DNA of 64,000 nt from Gonapodya sp. JEL0774 (taxonomy: Eukaryota), in assembly GCA_027604505.1 (NCBI GenBank), contig JADIIX010000012.1:1-64000 (forward strand), written 5' to 3'. Each line of letters opens with the position of its first letter. The first letter of the stretch is position 1. The position numbers and the translations under genes are program-made. Of this stretch, positions 14,661 to 27,281 are shown one piece after another. The notes beneath the pieces are model-generated. The model had not been told where the DNA came from. It did not search any database and was given only the letters and a program-made list of their open reading frames with translations.

Positions 14661-17600
14661 TTAGATCTCGACTAGTTTGGCACGGGTGTTAATCTCTGGC
14701 CGGAACGCCACCTCCACGGGCAACACAAATGACACGCAGACCATCTCCTTCCTCGGCGCCACGTCCCGGACCCTGTGGGCAGAGTATGTTCCGGGCTGGA
14801 GTACACACCCAAGCCGAGATTCAACCATCTTCAGGGTAAAAAACAAGAAAATGGGGATAAATTTTGTAAAGAAGGGTTTAGGGGAGGTCTGTTCAGCTCA
14901 TGATAGGACAAAGAACATGCAGGCCAGAGACTGATCCTCACCTCCACCGCATCGCGCTCCACGTCCTCCTTTTTCGAAAAACAGTGCACATGGACGGTCG
15001 GCATAGGAAACGGTAAATCCAATTTCACGTCCGAAGAAGCCGTTGGTGGGTCGTACTTGTTCGGATCTTCCAAGCGAGCAAGGAGATGGGGGGGAAGCAG
15101 GTGAAGGTGAGGGCGGTAAAGGCCAGAGAAGGCATCTTGTGTGTGTGTTACCGAGAGTGGGGGAAGTGGGAAATACCATGGGTGTGGGGCCGTGGATTTG
15201 TGGTGTTGGTGGTGTGGCGAACATATGAACACCGATCAGCTGTTCTCACCTAGAAACTCCACCGCCGTTGCGGGCAAGTTCATGACAAAGTGGTGCGGCC
15301 ACCTATACGACGATGAATCGACAGGTTCCTCTTGTGCCGTGTCGGGAACACCGCTTTTGTCCGCGCTCCCGTTCCCAACGCTGTGTCTGGTTCTCCCGGC
15401 ACCCCCAACATCCTCCACTCCTCTCTTCCTCTTTTTGGCTTGTGCTTGCATCACCCTCTCTGCAGCTTTCCTCCTTCCCCTCTTCACCGCTTCTACGATC
15501 CCCTTCTGTACACAATCGCTTTGCAACTCGGTGATGGACCGTCGTATGAATTCCCGCCCGTCAAGATTGTAAGGCACGACTTGCCCCATGACGTGGTTCA
15601 AAGATATGTTCTTCACAAGGTACTCGTACGATGCCGGGTTCAAATCGTTCGCGAGGATCAATCTCGGGGGAGGTGGATCCCCCGCCGTGCCTCCTCCTCG
15701 TTCCGCACCCTCCGACGAAGCGGGCCCCCACCCGCCATTCACCGCCGCGGGAACCGCAAAGGGCCCCACGCCTGCGAAGACGTCGCATACGACGGATCCT
15801 TGGTGGAACTGGCGGACGAGCCGCTCGTGTTCCGAGTGCAGGCGGGAGTTCCAGTAGACGCGGGAGAAGTCGAGGTGGAATCGGGAGTTGGATTCGTGCT
15901 GGGCGGATAATGGTGGTGGTAGGGGAGGGGGNNNNNNNNNNGGGGCCCGCCGGGCGCGGGGGCGGTGGCGGCGGGCGCCGCCGCCGCGCCCGCGCCGGGC
16001 GGCGCGGGCGGCCGGGGGGGGGGGGGGGGGGGGGGCGGGGCCCGGGCGGCCCGGTCCCCGCGGGCGCGGCCGGGGGGGGCGGGACGGTTGGTGGGTGATG
16101 TTGTACAAGCGAGAAAAGTTTTATATGAATCGGGAGGGACGAGTGAAAGCATGAGTGACGCGAGCATTGCGTCGGAACTGCCACCATGGACAAAATCACT
16201 AAAAACAACCCACCACTTCAGCCACCATATCGTCGTCCCCCGCCAACACTTCCATCTTAAAAAACCTGAACTCGGTGTCGATGGAGTCGAGCTTGTTCAC
16301 GACTGTGCGGATGTGCTTGTTTTTCTATATATTAATTTTTTTTTTTTTTTTTTGTCATTGTTTGAGCGGTGTGGGAGTGTTGACGGTTGGAGATGAATGC
16401 GATTTTCCGGAAATGAAGAGGTTTGTAGGTGAGGGTCCGCGAGCGCGGTTTTCGTGGGTCCGGTAGTCAAATAAACCGTACGCAAAGATTTGACGGCCCG
16501 GATAAGACCATGAACCACGCGACTCACGATCCCGAAGAACGGACGCACAAGACGGCACTCACCTCCAACACCACGGCTCCCACCACGGCCCTATACTCTC
16601 TCACGTCCTCCCTCAAGTTCATATGAGCGATATGTCCGACCGTCTCGAACGCGCCCGGGACGTTGACAGTGGCGGGAATGACGGACCTGAGGATATCCTC
16701 GGTGGTCCAGTAGGAGTAGTCGAGGACGATTGAGTGGGTGGTGAGGGTGGCGTTATGGGCGGACATGAGGGAGAGGAGGGGGTTGGGGAGGTGGGAGGGG
16801 TCTGCGGGGAGTGGGAGAGGGGGAAGAGGCAGACGGTGAGAACGGCATGTCGTGGTGTGGCGTCGAGGATTGCGACACCATCAGTGTGCCAGCACACTTG
16901 TCCAAATGACTGTCATTGTTTCCTGGTCAGACTATGGTCAAAGTGTGAGAACCCCACCGTCCACGGGGGACTGGTACACTAAACGAGAATGACATGAGAA
17001 TCCCCACGCAGACTGTGTTTGAGAGCGAAGGAGATCTAAGCACCCTCCAAAATCCAGACTCCAGGTTCCAGATTGCAGCACCAGGGCAGTACTCGAGTGC
17101 GGAGGAGATTGAATACACGCTCCAGACAACCAGACCCGAGGTATCCACATTGGGAGACCGCAGACTGCACAGAGCACCGGGTACTGGGATTCACACACAC
17201 ACCATCTGGCAAATCTGGCCTCAAGGGAACTATGCGGTACTGGATGGGTTTGGCTTTACTAGTCGAATTTGAGTCGGAAATAGTGGTTGGGTCCTCTGGA
17301 GTGGGGTCTTCGAAGGCGCTTCTGTACCGGGGCAGGTTGAGGAGGAAGCTAAAGAAATTGGTTCACGTTCACGTTGAGTCAAGAAAGGTGGGCGTTATCA
17401 TTGCGCATACGGAGGATGTATAATTAAACAAGCCCAGGGAAACTGGCACTTTCATGTTCAATGTAATTGACGAGAAATTGGCACTCTCATATCCAATCCA
17501 GCTGTGTTGACAACGATTTCGCACTTTCATATCCATTTTAATCAAATTGAAGAGGAATTCGCAGTTGTCCACACCAGTGACACTCGAACAACAGCAAAAC

Positions 17601-17883
17601 ATAGACAAAAAAATAAATGAAAAACTCACTCGCTTGCAGACTTGAGCACCAAATTTGTTGCGGAAGCAGGAACGCGCAGTGCAGGGACGGAAAACGACGC
17701 GGAGAAGAGTTTCTTTGATTCGGGCGTGATTTGAGTGAGACCCGGGTTTGGCGGCGGGCGGAAACGCGCGAGATAAGAAGGAGTGGCGGAGACTTTGGCT
17801 GAGGTGGCTAAGGTGGTGCTGATGGGGGGAACTGAAGTCGGGGATGACGGGACGAGGGACCGCATGGAGACAGTGCCAGACAT
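14661..17883 (-). CDS. TRM5: tRNA (guanine(37)-N1)-methyltransferase Trm5
   Basis: Motifs FETVGHIAHMNL, RTVVNKLDSIDTEFRFFKMEVLAG, FHLDFSRVYWNSRLHSEHERL, DVFAGVGPFAVPAA, ANDLNP, HFVMNLP, VHVHCF, VAPRKEMVCVSF. First ATG at 17883; an intron spans the N-gap. Confidence 0.93.
15932..16085. other. Assembly gap (10 N) followed by near GC-only low-quality sequence, inside a TRM5 intron
   Basis: N at 15932-15941, then an almost pure G/C tract with a long G run; it generates spurious Pro/Gly/Arg-rich ORFs in the track. Confidence 0.9.
16336..16353. repeat. Poly(T)18 tract (poly(A) on the TRM5 sense strand, next to a 3' splice site)
   Basis: Directly visible; lies about 10 nt before the TAG acceptor of the KNKHIRTVVNK exon. 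Confidence 0.9.
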
Positions 17884-18291
17884 ATTTTGTGTGTGGGGCA
17901 GCCGAGAACAGAGTGCAGGGGCCAGGCAGATTGCGCCCGTTGTTGCCAGAAGTCGATGCAGCGTGGGGACGTGGGGAACACGAGGAACGCGGAGGTGAAG
18001 GTGAAGGAAAGACTGCGCTAAGCAGGCCACAGCAGATCCCTAATCGGACCACAGCGGAATGCTGGATTCGCATTCCTGTCAAATGCCAAAAAATGTTCTG
18101 TTTGTTACCGCAAAATTTTGATAATCATTTATGCAAAAGAAGCGGTAATGTCCCATCAAGACAGGGTCGGGGTTCCTTGCTTGCTGTTTTGATGTGAGGG
18201 GTGTCTGCTTCGGATCCGTGTAGGGCAGCGACAAGGAGCTCATGGAGCCACAATATTCCCACGAATAATACAAAATGATGCACAATGATTC

Positions 18292-21200
18292 CTATCCCCA
18301 CCTCCCCTCGTTCTCTCTAACCCACGCCTCACACTCCTCCTTTCCCCCCGTGGGATTCCGCAGTTGCCAAGACACCACTGCCGCCAGAATGTCGCGCATC
18401 CCAGGACCTGGTTTACGATTCAGAACGCGTACGAGGTCGTCTCCCTAGAGTTGTGAACGCGGTAGAACGAAACATGAACAAAATCAGGTGCCGGTCCAAG
18501 CGCAAGGGATTTGGAACCAGCATCATCGGTTAGTTGAGGTGGGGGTGAGCACAGCCAGCCAGCCAGCCAGCCAGCCATTCAGTCAGTCAGTCAGTCAGTC
18601 ATAATGCGGTTTCTTCCGCAATTCAACACGATCGTACCCGCGCGAACTCACCGACAACATGGGCTTCATCTCCCACGCTCCAGCAACACCGAGCGCGTCC
18701 ACAACCTCAAGAAATCGCGCATAGCGTTCCAGGATGGGAAGGGCAAGATCGTCTTCAACAAAGTACGGACAGAACCGGACATTGGGTGGAAGGGATGTGT
18801 TCGCGGGCCCGGTTGAAGCGGATCGGCATCGTCAGTGTCACAAAACTGAGCTCCCAAACGTACCCCACCCCATTCCAAGCGGGGTCAAATCGAATTGCGC
18901 TTATACTCACCCTCCACACTCTCTTCGTTCCCAGCCTGCCCCACCACCTCCTCCGCCATGCCCACCAGCACCGCCACCTCCCACTTCTCCTTCAACCCTT
19001 TATGTTGTCCGTGCCCCAAATCGCGAATCAAAAGGCCGACAGATTCTCGAAGATCGGCGAGGTCGGTCGCGGGGAGGGAGGAAGTAGTGAACGGAGTGGA
19101 CGGGGACGGGAATGGCAGGGAAGAGATGCGCCGGGTGAGAATGGATATGGCGTCGGTGGACGAGAAGAGGGAGGTCACGAGGTCACCATCTTCGTTTTTG
19201 AGCTATGGGGTGGGATTGTGTGGTTTTGCAGAAATTAAACTTCTCGAATCGGGAGACGCGGCGAAGGCAAAGGCCAAGCCTCCCCGCAGAAACCCTTCCC
19301 TGCCGCTACCCCAACCACAGCTCGTTAACACCAACTCTCTCATCATCAACCCGTCCATCAAATAACCTTCTTCACCCCTTCTCACCCACACCACCCACCT
19401 TCAACGCCTCCTTTACCACCCACTTCACCGCCGCCACATCCCTCTTCTTTTCCACCGTCTTATACCGCCTATATGGCGCCACAGCCGCACACAAATACAC
19501 TGCCCTCCGCCACCCTTCCCGGTCCGTCACCGCCCTACGGAGAGCTTCGAGCCGCGCCGGGAGTGCTACGCGACGGGCCCTGCCGGTTCCTTCTTGGCTC
19601 GTGTTGGGGAGAGGTGCAGATGGAGCGGTGGTGGAGGATATCACGTATGCGGGTGGTTGGGAGTGGTACGTGGCGTCTGCGAGGAACCAGTGTGCCGCGC
19701 CGGCGAATCGGATGCTGTCGAGGTCGTCAGGGATGCTCGAAGAAGGTGGAACGGTGTCCGAGGCGAGTGCGAGTGTGGGAGGTGGGCTGAAGACGGACGG
19801 GTAGATCCCGTATGCGTTTATCAGATGAATAGAGCGGTACGGGTCGGGGCCTTTGAGGCACTAAGGGTTTAGGGATGTTTCCCGTGATGTGTGAGACAAC
19901 AACAACCGAACCCCGCAATGATACGGCGCCCCACACCCTACCTTATCTACCTCCACACCGACTCTCTCTCTACTGATTTTTTGCATAAGCGCCGTGCTCA
20001 CCCTCTCATCTCTTGCCGCTGTGCGGATGTCCCCATGCAAGCTGTACCCAAACCGGCTGGCGAACCGAACGACACGAAGGACCCGGAGTGGGTCGTCCAG
20101 GAAGGTGCGGAGGGCGGGCAAAGGCGTTTCAATGTGATGGCGGAGCAGGTCGCGGACGCCCTGCAGTGGGAGGTAGGGACGTGGCGAACATGTCAGGAAA
20201 ACTTCTATCTGTTACAACAACTCGTCGTCTCAGCCTTGAGAGACGTGCTTAGACGGGCGCGGCGTACCTTGCCCGTAAAATCTTCGACCTTGCGAGTATG
20301 TAGATTGTAGAACATGGAATTGATGGTAATGTCCCTCCTCTCCGCGTCCTCCTCCGGTCCGGCTTCAGTCACTGTCGGTACCCGACTTCCCTCCGCATAA
20401 CTCTCCGCCCTCAATCTTACAAAATCCACCTCCACGCCGAGCACCCTCCCCGTCGCCGTCTCGAGATGCTTTGACCGGTCCGGGTTTGCAGCTATGCGGG
20501 CCAGGTGTTCGATGGGGTGATTGCGCGCAGACAGAAAGGCAGTCAGGTGGTTCGCAAAGTCGACACCAGACATTGTATCGAGTGCAATGTCGATATCGTG
20601 GGAGTCGATAGAAAGCAGTTTGTCGCGGACCCAGCCGCCGGCTGGGAATTATAGAGGTGTTGCGGCAGTAGATCAATTTGGTGAATCCTGGAGCCCAGAA
20701 ACGACACGCTCACGATTCCAGAAGAAAACATGAAGTGCGCATGTGTCTTGATCCTTCTGCCTTCATTTGCAAGCTTGGGCGCGATCATCATCTCCACGAA
20801 CAATTCACAGACACCCTGGAGTCCTCAAATGGCAGAACTCTTACTTCATCGCCGGGTGTTTCAGACTACGTGTCCCTTTTGGTACAAAGCCCCAAAGTGA
20901 TACATTGGCACGAATTACTTCTGTAAACAAACCTTCCTCAGTTCGCTACCGTAGAACTCCTCTGTCTTCTTCCTGTTCCATCCAGAGCAGACCACGATAC
21001 CAAGACTCACCAATTCTCAATGTGACAGCTTTCCCAGACTTTGCAAGCCCCTCGGCACACTCAACGAGAACCGCTGCCAGCTCTTCCTCTTTAGGTGTCA
21101 GCCGCACCTCCAGTTCCCCGACCATCCTCAAAAAATCCTCATCCCACAGAAACGACGGGTCATGACGATCGGCGTCGGCATCGGCCTCTGCGTCTGTGCC

Positions 21201-21782
21201 GTTTGGTGCGGATGACAATGGAGTGTGGGTCGGAGAAGATGGTCCAGGTGGCCGAATGTAGAACCCCAATTCATCGAGGCGCCGCGCAGAGGAAGCGAGC
21301 TTTTCCGAAATGCTATCAGCACTCTATTTGTCCCGAAAACATTCAAGAGTGTGAAAATTTGGGCATATCAAATCGCTCAAGGTATACAAAGAAGCAACAC
21401 TCACACCATCGATCAACGAAGCCAACTCTGCCGATGGGTCAATATCCATATGCGTCGAGACTCTATTCAAAGAATGCGTATTTTCATTCATCTTCTGACC
21501 TCCAGATTCCGCAATGTCAAGTTGATCCACACCAGTGGTGCTGTTTGACGTTTCAATACTCCGGCGCTTTCTCGGTGATGCCACGGATATATCAGCTTCC
21601 AGATGAATATCGTGCGAGTGAGAGATTGCGGATCGCTTGCGTGATTGGGGTGCTGAAGTGGGGATTGAAGAGACCGAAGCCGGCGATGGCATGCGGTGCA
21701 CAAGGGCGAGTGTGGAGAGTCGCAAGGATAACGACCAGAAAGATGCGAGTGTGGCGAGGCGTGTGGCACGGGAGATGAGCAT
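18292..21782 (-). CDS. CCA1: CCA tRNA nucleotidyltransferase (class II)
   Basis: GGWVRDKLL...DIDIALD catalytic motif, KHLETAT, DFVRLRAESY, EEDAERRDITINSMFYN, TFLDDPLRVLRVVRFASRF, KISRERVGVE. C-terminus ...WQLRNP...ENEGRWG* (TAG 18292-18294). Confidence 0.95.
18552..18601. repeat. Compound tetranucleotide microsatellite (CAGC)n-(CAGT)n in the last CCA1 intron
   Basis: cagccagccagccagccagccagcc-att-cagtcagtcagtcagtcagtca. Confidence 0.95.
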
Positions 21783-22376
21783 CCAGACTCAGGACGGCAT
21801 TGAGTCAAAATTGGCGAGTGGTGCGCGAAATGCAGTCTTCAACTTTCAGGAGCCCGTGTTTTGCTGGTGCAGTGGTCATGTTGCAGGATAGCCCACGGCC
21901 TCACAAGGGGACTCCACCGTAAAGATGTGAAAGGAATTAAATTGTTTCCGGCTGAGCAAGCAGCATGAGCGCTCATGGCCGTCTCAAAACAAATGAACCG
22001 GTTCATGTGGCAGTCGATTCCGTAGCAGATTACGACAAGCTCCGCAATCGTTTGGCGTGCATGCCAATTGTTCACTCCCATGAAGAGAAGTAGTCAGAAA
22101 TTAAACTTTGCTTATATTATTTGCGAGAGGTGTGACAGTGCACACATGACGTGGTTACGGGTACACTTCATTACATAACATAAAATTTGAATGGAAGAAA
22201 CACGCAAGAGGCGAATGATGCTTTCGCGAATAAGTCCCTGTCTATTTGAGGGAGATTGTTTCAGCGGTGCGTTTTCCAGGACGGATCAGTGGTTCCGGCT
22301 CCGGGCAGTAGTAGAGGTGGTGGAGCCTAATACCACCATCATGGAATTTCTCTGCACAGTGAGCCCTTCCAACATG

Positions 22377-23005
22377 CTAGGCCGAGTCTCCGTCATTAAA
22401 GTCCCGCCACGGCTCGTCGTGCCCCTCATCCTCTTCCTCTTCCTCGACGTCCCATCTTTCCCCGGCCAATAATACAGAGAGCTTATCCGCCAAGTTTGCA
22501 GCGAGTTTGTCCCTGAATTTGGGACTTATGGCACTGAAGAGGGATTCGGGAGATTCAAATGTTTGGCCGATATACGAGAGGGTGGGCGTGAGGGCTGCCA
22601 TTTGTATTGTTGGCACCGAAGCCGAAACACTTGTTGTCAACGATGAGTCTCGGATGTTAGGAGGAGTTATGGATGCGGAATGGAGCTGACATGCAACTAA
22701 TTGGGTGGTGATATGCCAAAGCAACAGCGCTCAATGGGACACACCTGCAATCCTCTATCACTCACGCTGACAACAATCCAAACTCCCTCTAGCGTGCAGA
22801 CTGAAAACCCTGTTGGTAGTTTGGGCGGCGCTTGTGTCGCGTCAGAACGACGTCCATCGCCGTCCTCGTGGTCGGTACAGGATTCCAAAGAATGCAGGGA
22901 ACGGAATGAATTGGGGGATAACGCAAAGGAGAACTCGCTTGGGATGGATTCGACGAGGAGTGCGATAGTCTCGTTCATGTGGACGAATGTCAGGTTGTGG
23001 TTCAT
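22377..23005 (-). CDS. GSKIP-domain (DUF727-like) protein
   Basis: VCTLEGVWIVVSVSDRGLQ|...GQTFESPESLFSAISPKFRDKLAANLADKLSVL matches the GSKIP pattern (xTxEx..GL.V ... ET..SLL..LSP.YR..F...L..RL). One intron; acidic tail. Start at ATG 23005 or 22978. Confidence 0.7.
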
Positions 23006-23176
23006 GAAAGTGATGGGTTGGTGGGCAATAAATGGGCGGCGCGGCAACTCCGATCACCATGTACCATCGAGATCAGTATCGTATGAGTCAATGGCACCCG
23101 TCAAATGCATAATTGTTGTGAAAATGGCCCATTTGGCTACAGTTTTTTGACATCGGAATGCTCTGCTCGTGAGGCA

Positions 23177-24753
23177 ATGAGGCGTCTGGTGGAAGGGGCT
23201 CCGAGTGGTTTCCCCCGAACTCGACTCGCAATGCAGGCACAAGCCGCAAACAGCACGATTCAGTGGATCAGATCGCTCAAATTCATTTCGCGGCCACGTC
23301 TCTTACGATTCCTCCAGACGTCTGCGTTCCATTGGCCCGAAAATAGCACCCCCGATTACGAAGTAGACCATGTCATCGTAGGTGCGTGTTTCGTGAGTGC
23401 CTTGATGCGGCTGCAATACAGGCGACCGCTTTCGATGTCTGCATGACTCAACGGTGGTGGTTTTGTCTTATCAGGTGCCGGTGTTGTTGGTCTCGCCATC
23501 GCAGAGCGCCTCACTCGTACTGCAAATACTTCTACTCTGATCGTGGAACGGCATCGTAGACCAGGTTCGGAATGCTCAGCCAGAAACTCAGAAGTCATCC
23601 ACGCTGGAATCTACTACCCTCCCAACTCCCTCAAAACAAAGCTTTGTATACGAGGCAGACACCTCCTCTATGACTTCTGTTCCCAACACTCTATTCCGCA
23701 TCGCAAGTGCTCAAAGTGGATCGTTGCCCAAAGTCCAGCTGAGCTTGATGTGCTTCATGAAATTCACAAACGCGGAACCGCCCTCGATGTCCCCCTCCGC
23801 TTCCTATCCACAACGGAACGTGCTCAAGCAGAACCCCTTATTCGTGCACAAGCGGGCGCGCTCGAGAGCCCAGAAACGGGTATCATCGACTCTCACACAT
23901 ATATGGAACAACTTCAGATGCTAATGTTGTCCACCAACCCTGGCGAGGCTTCACTTGCACTATCTAGTACTGTCGTGGGCATTCAACGCGACCCTGTGAC
24001 CGGCTCCTATGATGTGGCTGTGCAGTCTCTTGACGCAGATACTGAAACCTCAAATACCACAATCATCCGCACGCCCCTTCTCGTTAACTCCGCCGGTCTT
24101 CATTCGGACCACATTGCCTCACTCGTCCTTGGGCCATCGATGGCCTCCTCCCTCGCCTACACCATACACCCCCACAAGGGTCACTATTACTCCCTCTCGG
24201 GTCCCGCTCCTGCGTCACGTCTTGTGTACCCAACTCCTCTACCAAACTTGCAGGGCCTGGGTGTGCATCTTACCTTAGATATGTCCGGCCGCTGCAAATT
24301 TGGTCCAGATTCTGTCCCCGTGGCGGACAAAGCCGACTACTCTGTTGTTGAGCCTGGAGAATTGGGTGCCGCAAAAGAGCGGGAGCGAAGGCACATGTTT
24401 TGGCAAGGCGTTGAGAGGTACTTTCCTGGAGTGCGGGAAGAGGATTTAGTAGCAGACTATTCGGGCATCCGGCCAAAACTGTCGGCACCGGGGCAGCCAT
24501 TCAGGGACTTCGTGATTAAGGAAGAAACGCAGGCTGGATTTCCAGGTTTTGTAAATCTCGTAGGTGCGTTGAGTGATTTGCAATGACAAGCACAGGCTTG
24601 GTGGCTCACGTCACGTTATTTCTCTCTATACCTCGCCTTGGTACATCGTGCTACTCACTTCTTGCTTGCTGCGCATATGAAGGTATAGAAAGCCCTGGCC
24701 TGACCAGCAGTCTTGCCATAGCAGAGATGGTTGGAGAAATGGTAGGCCGGTGA
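23177..24753 (+). CDS. L2HGDH: L-2-hydroxyglutarate dehydrogenase, mitochondrial (FAD-dependent)
   Basis: VIVG|AGVVGLAIA Rossmann motif, SARNSEVIHAGIYYP, ESPETGIIDSH, KGHYY, GLGVHLTLD, FGPD, DYSGIRPKL, GIESPGLTSSLAIAE. Arg-rich presequence-like N-terminus; start at 23177 or 23231. Confidence 0.92.
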
Positions 24754-27281
24754 GGGGTACATGATGGCTTTCGTAAATTATAGTTAGGAATGAAAGTTAA
24801 AACCGTCAGGTTGTTGTCGCATTCGATTTTGTGTATCCAGGGAATCCGTCCAATGTCCCACTTGAGTTTCTGCAATGATTGACAGAACAATTCCGGATTG
24901 CACCAAAAGGTGAAATGCAATTTCCAATAGGAACTAACTTTCTAGTGAAACTGCATTTTGCCAGATATCTATCCGGATAGATTTATGTAATGCAGGAAAC
25001 CGGTTCACTGCTGCTGTTCGGTACTTCCGCTACTTGTTAATCGGTGGGTTGCATTTTGTTACGAGTGTTTGCTTGTGTCTGCTGCGGTGTTTGTCACCCA
25101 TCGGGCAGAAGACGGAGCACTGGACTTGATGGGCTTCGATGTGCCGGTGCCGTAAGGACCAAAAGGGCCAAGGGCGGCGACGGTCACTTTGTTGTCACCC
25201 GTCGCAACTCGTCCCTCGGTTGGCCAAGTCGTCTCCGTCTCCCGGTCTCCAGATTGGTCGGTTGATATTTTTCCTGTCAGGTTTGTCATGATATACGTTA
25301 TTCGATGCGATAATGGAACCGACAATGGATTTACCGCTCCGCATGAGTCATGCCAGCTGCTTCGATAAGTGCTTCAATGCGTCCACTCTCGTGAACGATG
25401 TCGAATAAAAATGATTATTCTCTTCTCTTTTGCTAATCTCCTGGGCGTACCAAAATTGGTGCTCGACAAATCGTGGCCGAATCTATTTTGATTGGAAGCA
25501 AAAACCAGCTTCTGGACCTGCTTCGCAAAGCAGCTGTAACGGGTGATCCGCCGCATCCCGCGGTCTTCATCGACTGCGTATATTGGGTTTTAAGGTAGAA
25601 AAGGATATTATGTGCTCTACGGAGCCGGATGGAAGTGCCCACCTCACTTGGAACACACATATGTAACATAACAGTGCGCGGAATCCATAAGTGCCCACCC
25701 AAGTTGGTCGGCAAGATCCAATTTCTATATTTGAGCTTCAGTCGCCCCACCTAGAAGCGGATCAGCCCTGTGGGGTCGCCCATGGTGCCAGAAACAGAAA
25801 TAAATATATGACATCTCATCATAGGGCTCATGACGGCCAAAATCTTGCAAGACGGGGGAATGACCATTATGGATTTTATCGTTTTGTCCTCTTGTTCCTT
25901 TCGGTCATTTTACGCTGGGGATGTTTGTTTTGGTGGACCGAGGCAGAACACGGCGTTACATGGGATGCATTCACGCTTCAGGGCACATGAGAGTGCAGTG
26001 AACCATGCATGACAGGGGAACCGCACCCATAAATCAAAATGTTCCTGTCTGACCCTGCCTCTGCCTCCAGATCTTACAACGGCCACCGCGGGACACCATC
26101 ATTCCATTCACATATCAATCAGGCGAGTCTGCTTGCGATATCGCCATTGGGCATTCGATTGCGTTATTCATTTCGCTTGCGGCGAACGCAAACTTGTCGC
26201 GGCGCCCATTCATGTCGATTTCGAGACCAACGTCTCCCACTCAGGAATCTTTGGCGTGCTGGTGTGCACGTTCCCACGTCGACTCCAGAAAGCGAGAAGG
26301 AGATGTTAATGTCTGATGCTTCTGAGGAATTAAAACTCCCGTCACCAACATGTCGTGCTCTTCGTGGCCCCGCCAAACACAACTCTACTTGGCCAAGATC
26401 TTTTTATCTGTGCGAGTTTTGGAGGGTTTGAAGGCGGTACCATCAACGTATGTACAGTTCGTAGGACGATTAGGAGGACATCATGAAGCGCTTCTGGGAG
26501 GTAGATTGCTCAAAATGAGTGAGGTTGTGCAGAAATAAATGAAGGAGACGCAGACACATACCACGGTGAAATCAATTTCGCGCCTGAGAAGGATTCATTG
26601 TATATAAATTGCTTGATCAGCAATCATTTGTGCTCCGATTTCTGTGATTTGCGTCAGGGCCTCGAGATGAGGGTGCGAGGCAGGACAACTCGGATACGAT
26701 GCGAGAGGGATGGGGGGGGTAAGAATTTGGTTTCCCGATTTAGACAATGCATGAAAGGCGACACTGCCAGAAGAACAAGGCAAAGGGAAACTCAGCCAGC
26801 ATTGGATGGATTCTCTCGTGCGTCCGGAGATCCCAGATGAACCGTCTGAAGGGGGCGGAAAATTCGTATTGTGCGAGATTGGTGACAGGGATCCAATGAC
26901 GGAGAAAACAGTAGACCCGCGCAAAGCTTGCTGCCTCATCCTCAAGCGAGGAATCCGCGCTTGCGGCAAGATTCAATCGAAATGCACTAACATTTTCTGC
27001 AACTGTACAGAGCCCAGTGATGCGTTCCGGTTTCGGGCAACAGAGCTGGGTTGGGATACCTGGTCGCTTTCACCCTCCTAGCGATGATATTTGAGCGGTA
27101 CAAGAATGTGTGATTCAGCATGTACTGTAAATCTAGAAATGTTTAACCCGTTAAGTTAGAATTGATGGCCTGTGAGAGGATTTCGTTGTTCGTTTTTGCA
27201 AGCATTTCGGTATCTATGGCGTAAAGTGTGGCGCATCCCTCGGATCCAAATCAGAAAAGGGCTCAAGGTCGGGCGGAGGGT

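Noticed and set aside
15236..16396. Long Pro/Gly/Arg-rich ORFs spanning the N-gap
   Set aside because: Produced by near GC-only low-quality sequence beside the gap; only the TRM5 exon portion is real.
22135..23110. Possible selenoprotein: in-frame TGA (23054-23056) upstream of the GSKIP frame plus an ATGA..AA hairpin at about 22135-22172 (minus strand)
   Set aside because: The hairpin's 3' core reads UGUC instead of NGAN, the TGA has no redox-motif context, and downstream ATGs explain the gene without recoding.
24751..24783. L2HGDH stop read-through giving ...GFRKL*
   Set aside because: The stop context TGA-GGG is not the TGA-CTA read-through motif, and RKL is not a canonical PTS1.
25600..25608. 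ATATCCTTT U12-type donor on the minus strand
   Set aside because: Intergenic, with no suitably spaced CCTTAAC branch site or host gene.
25044..27081. Short ORFs (60-130 aa) in the PMA1 upstream region
   Set aside because: No domain motifs, coherent splice model or codon bias.
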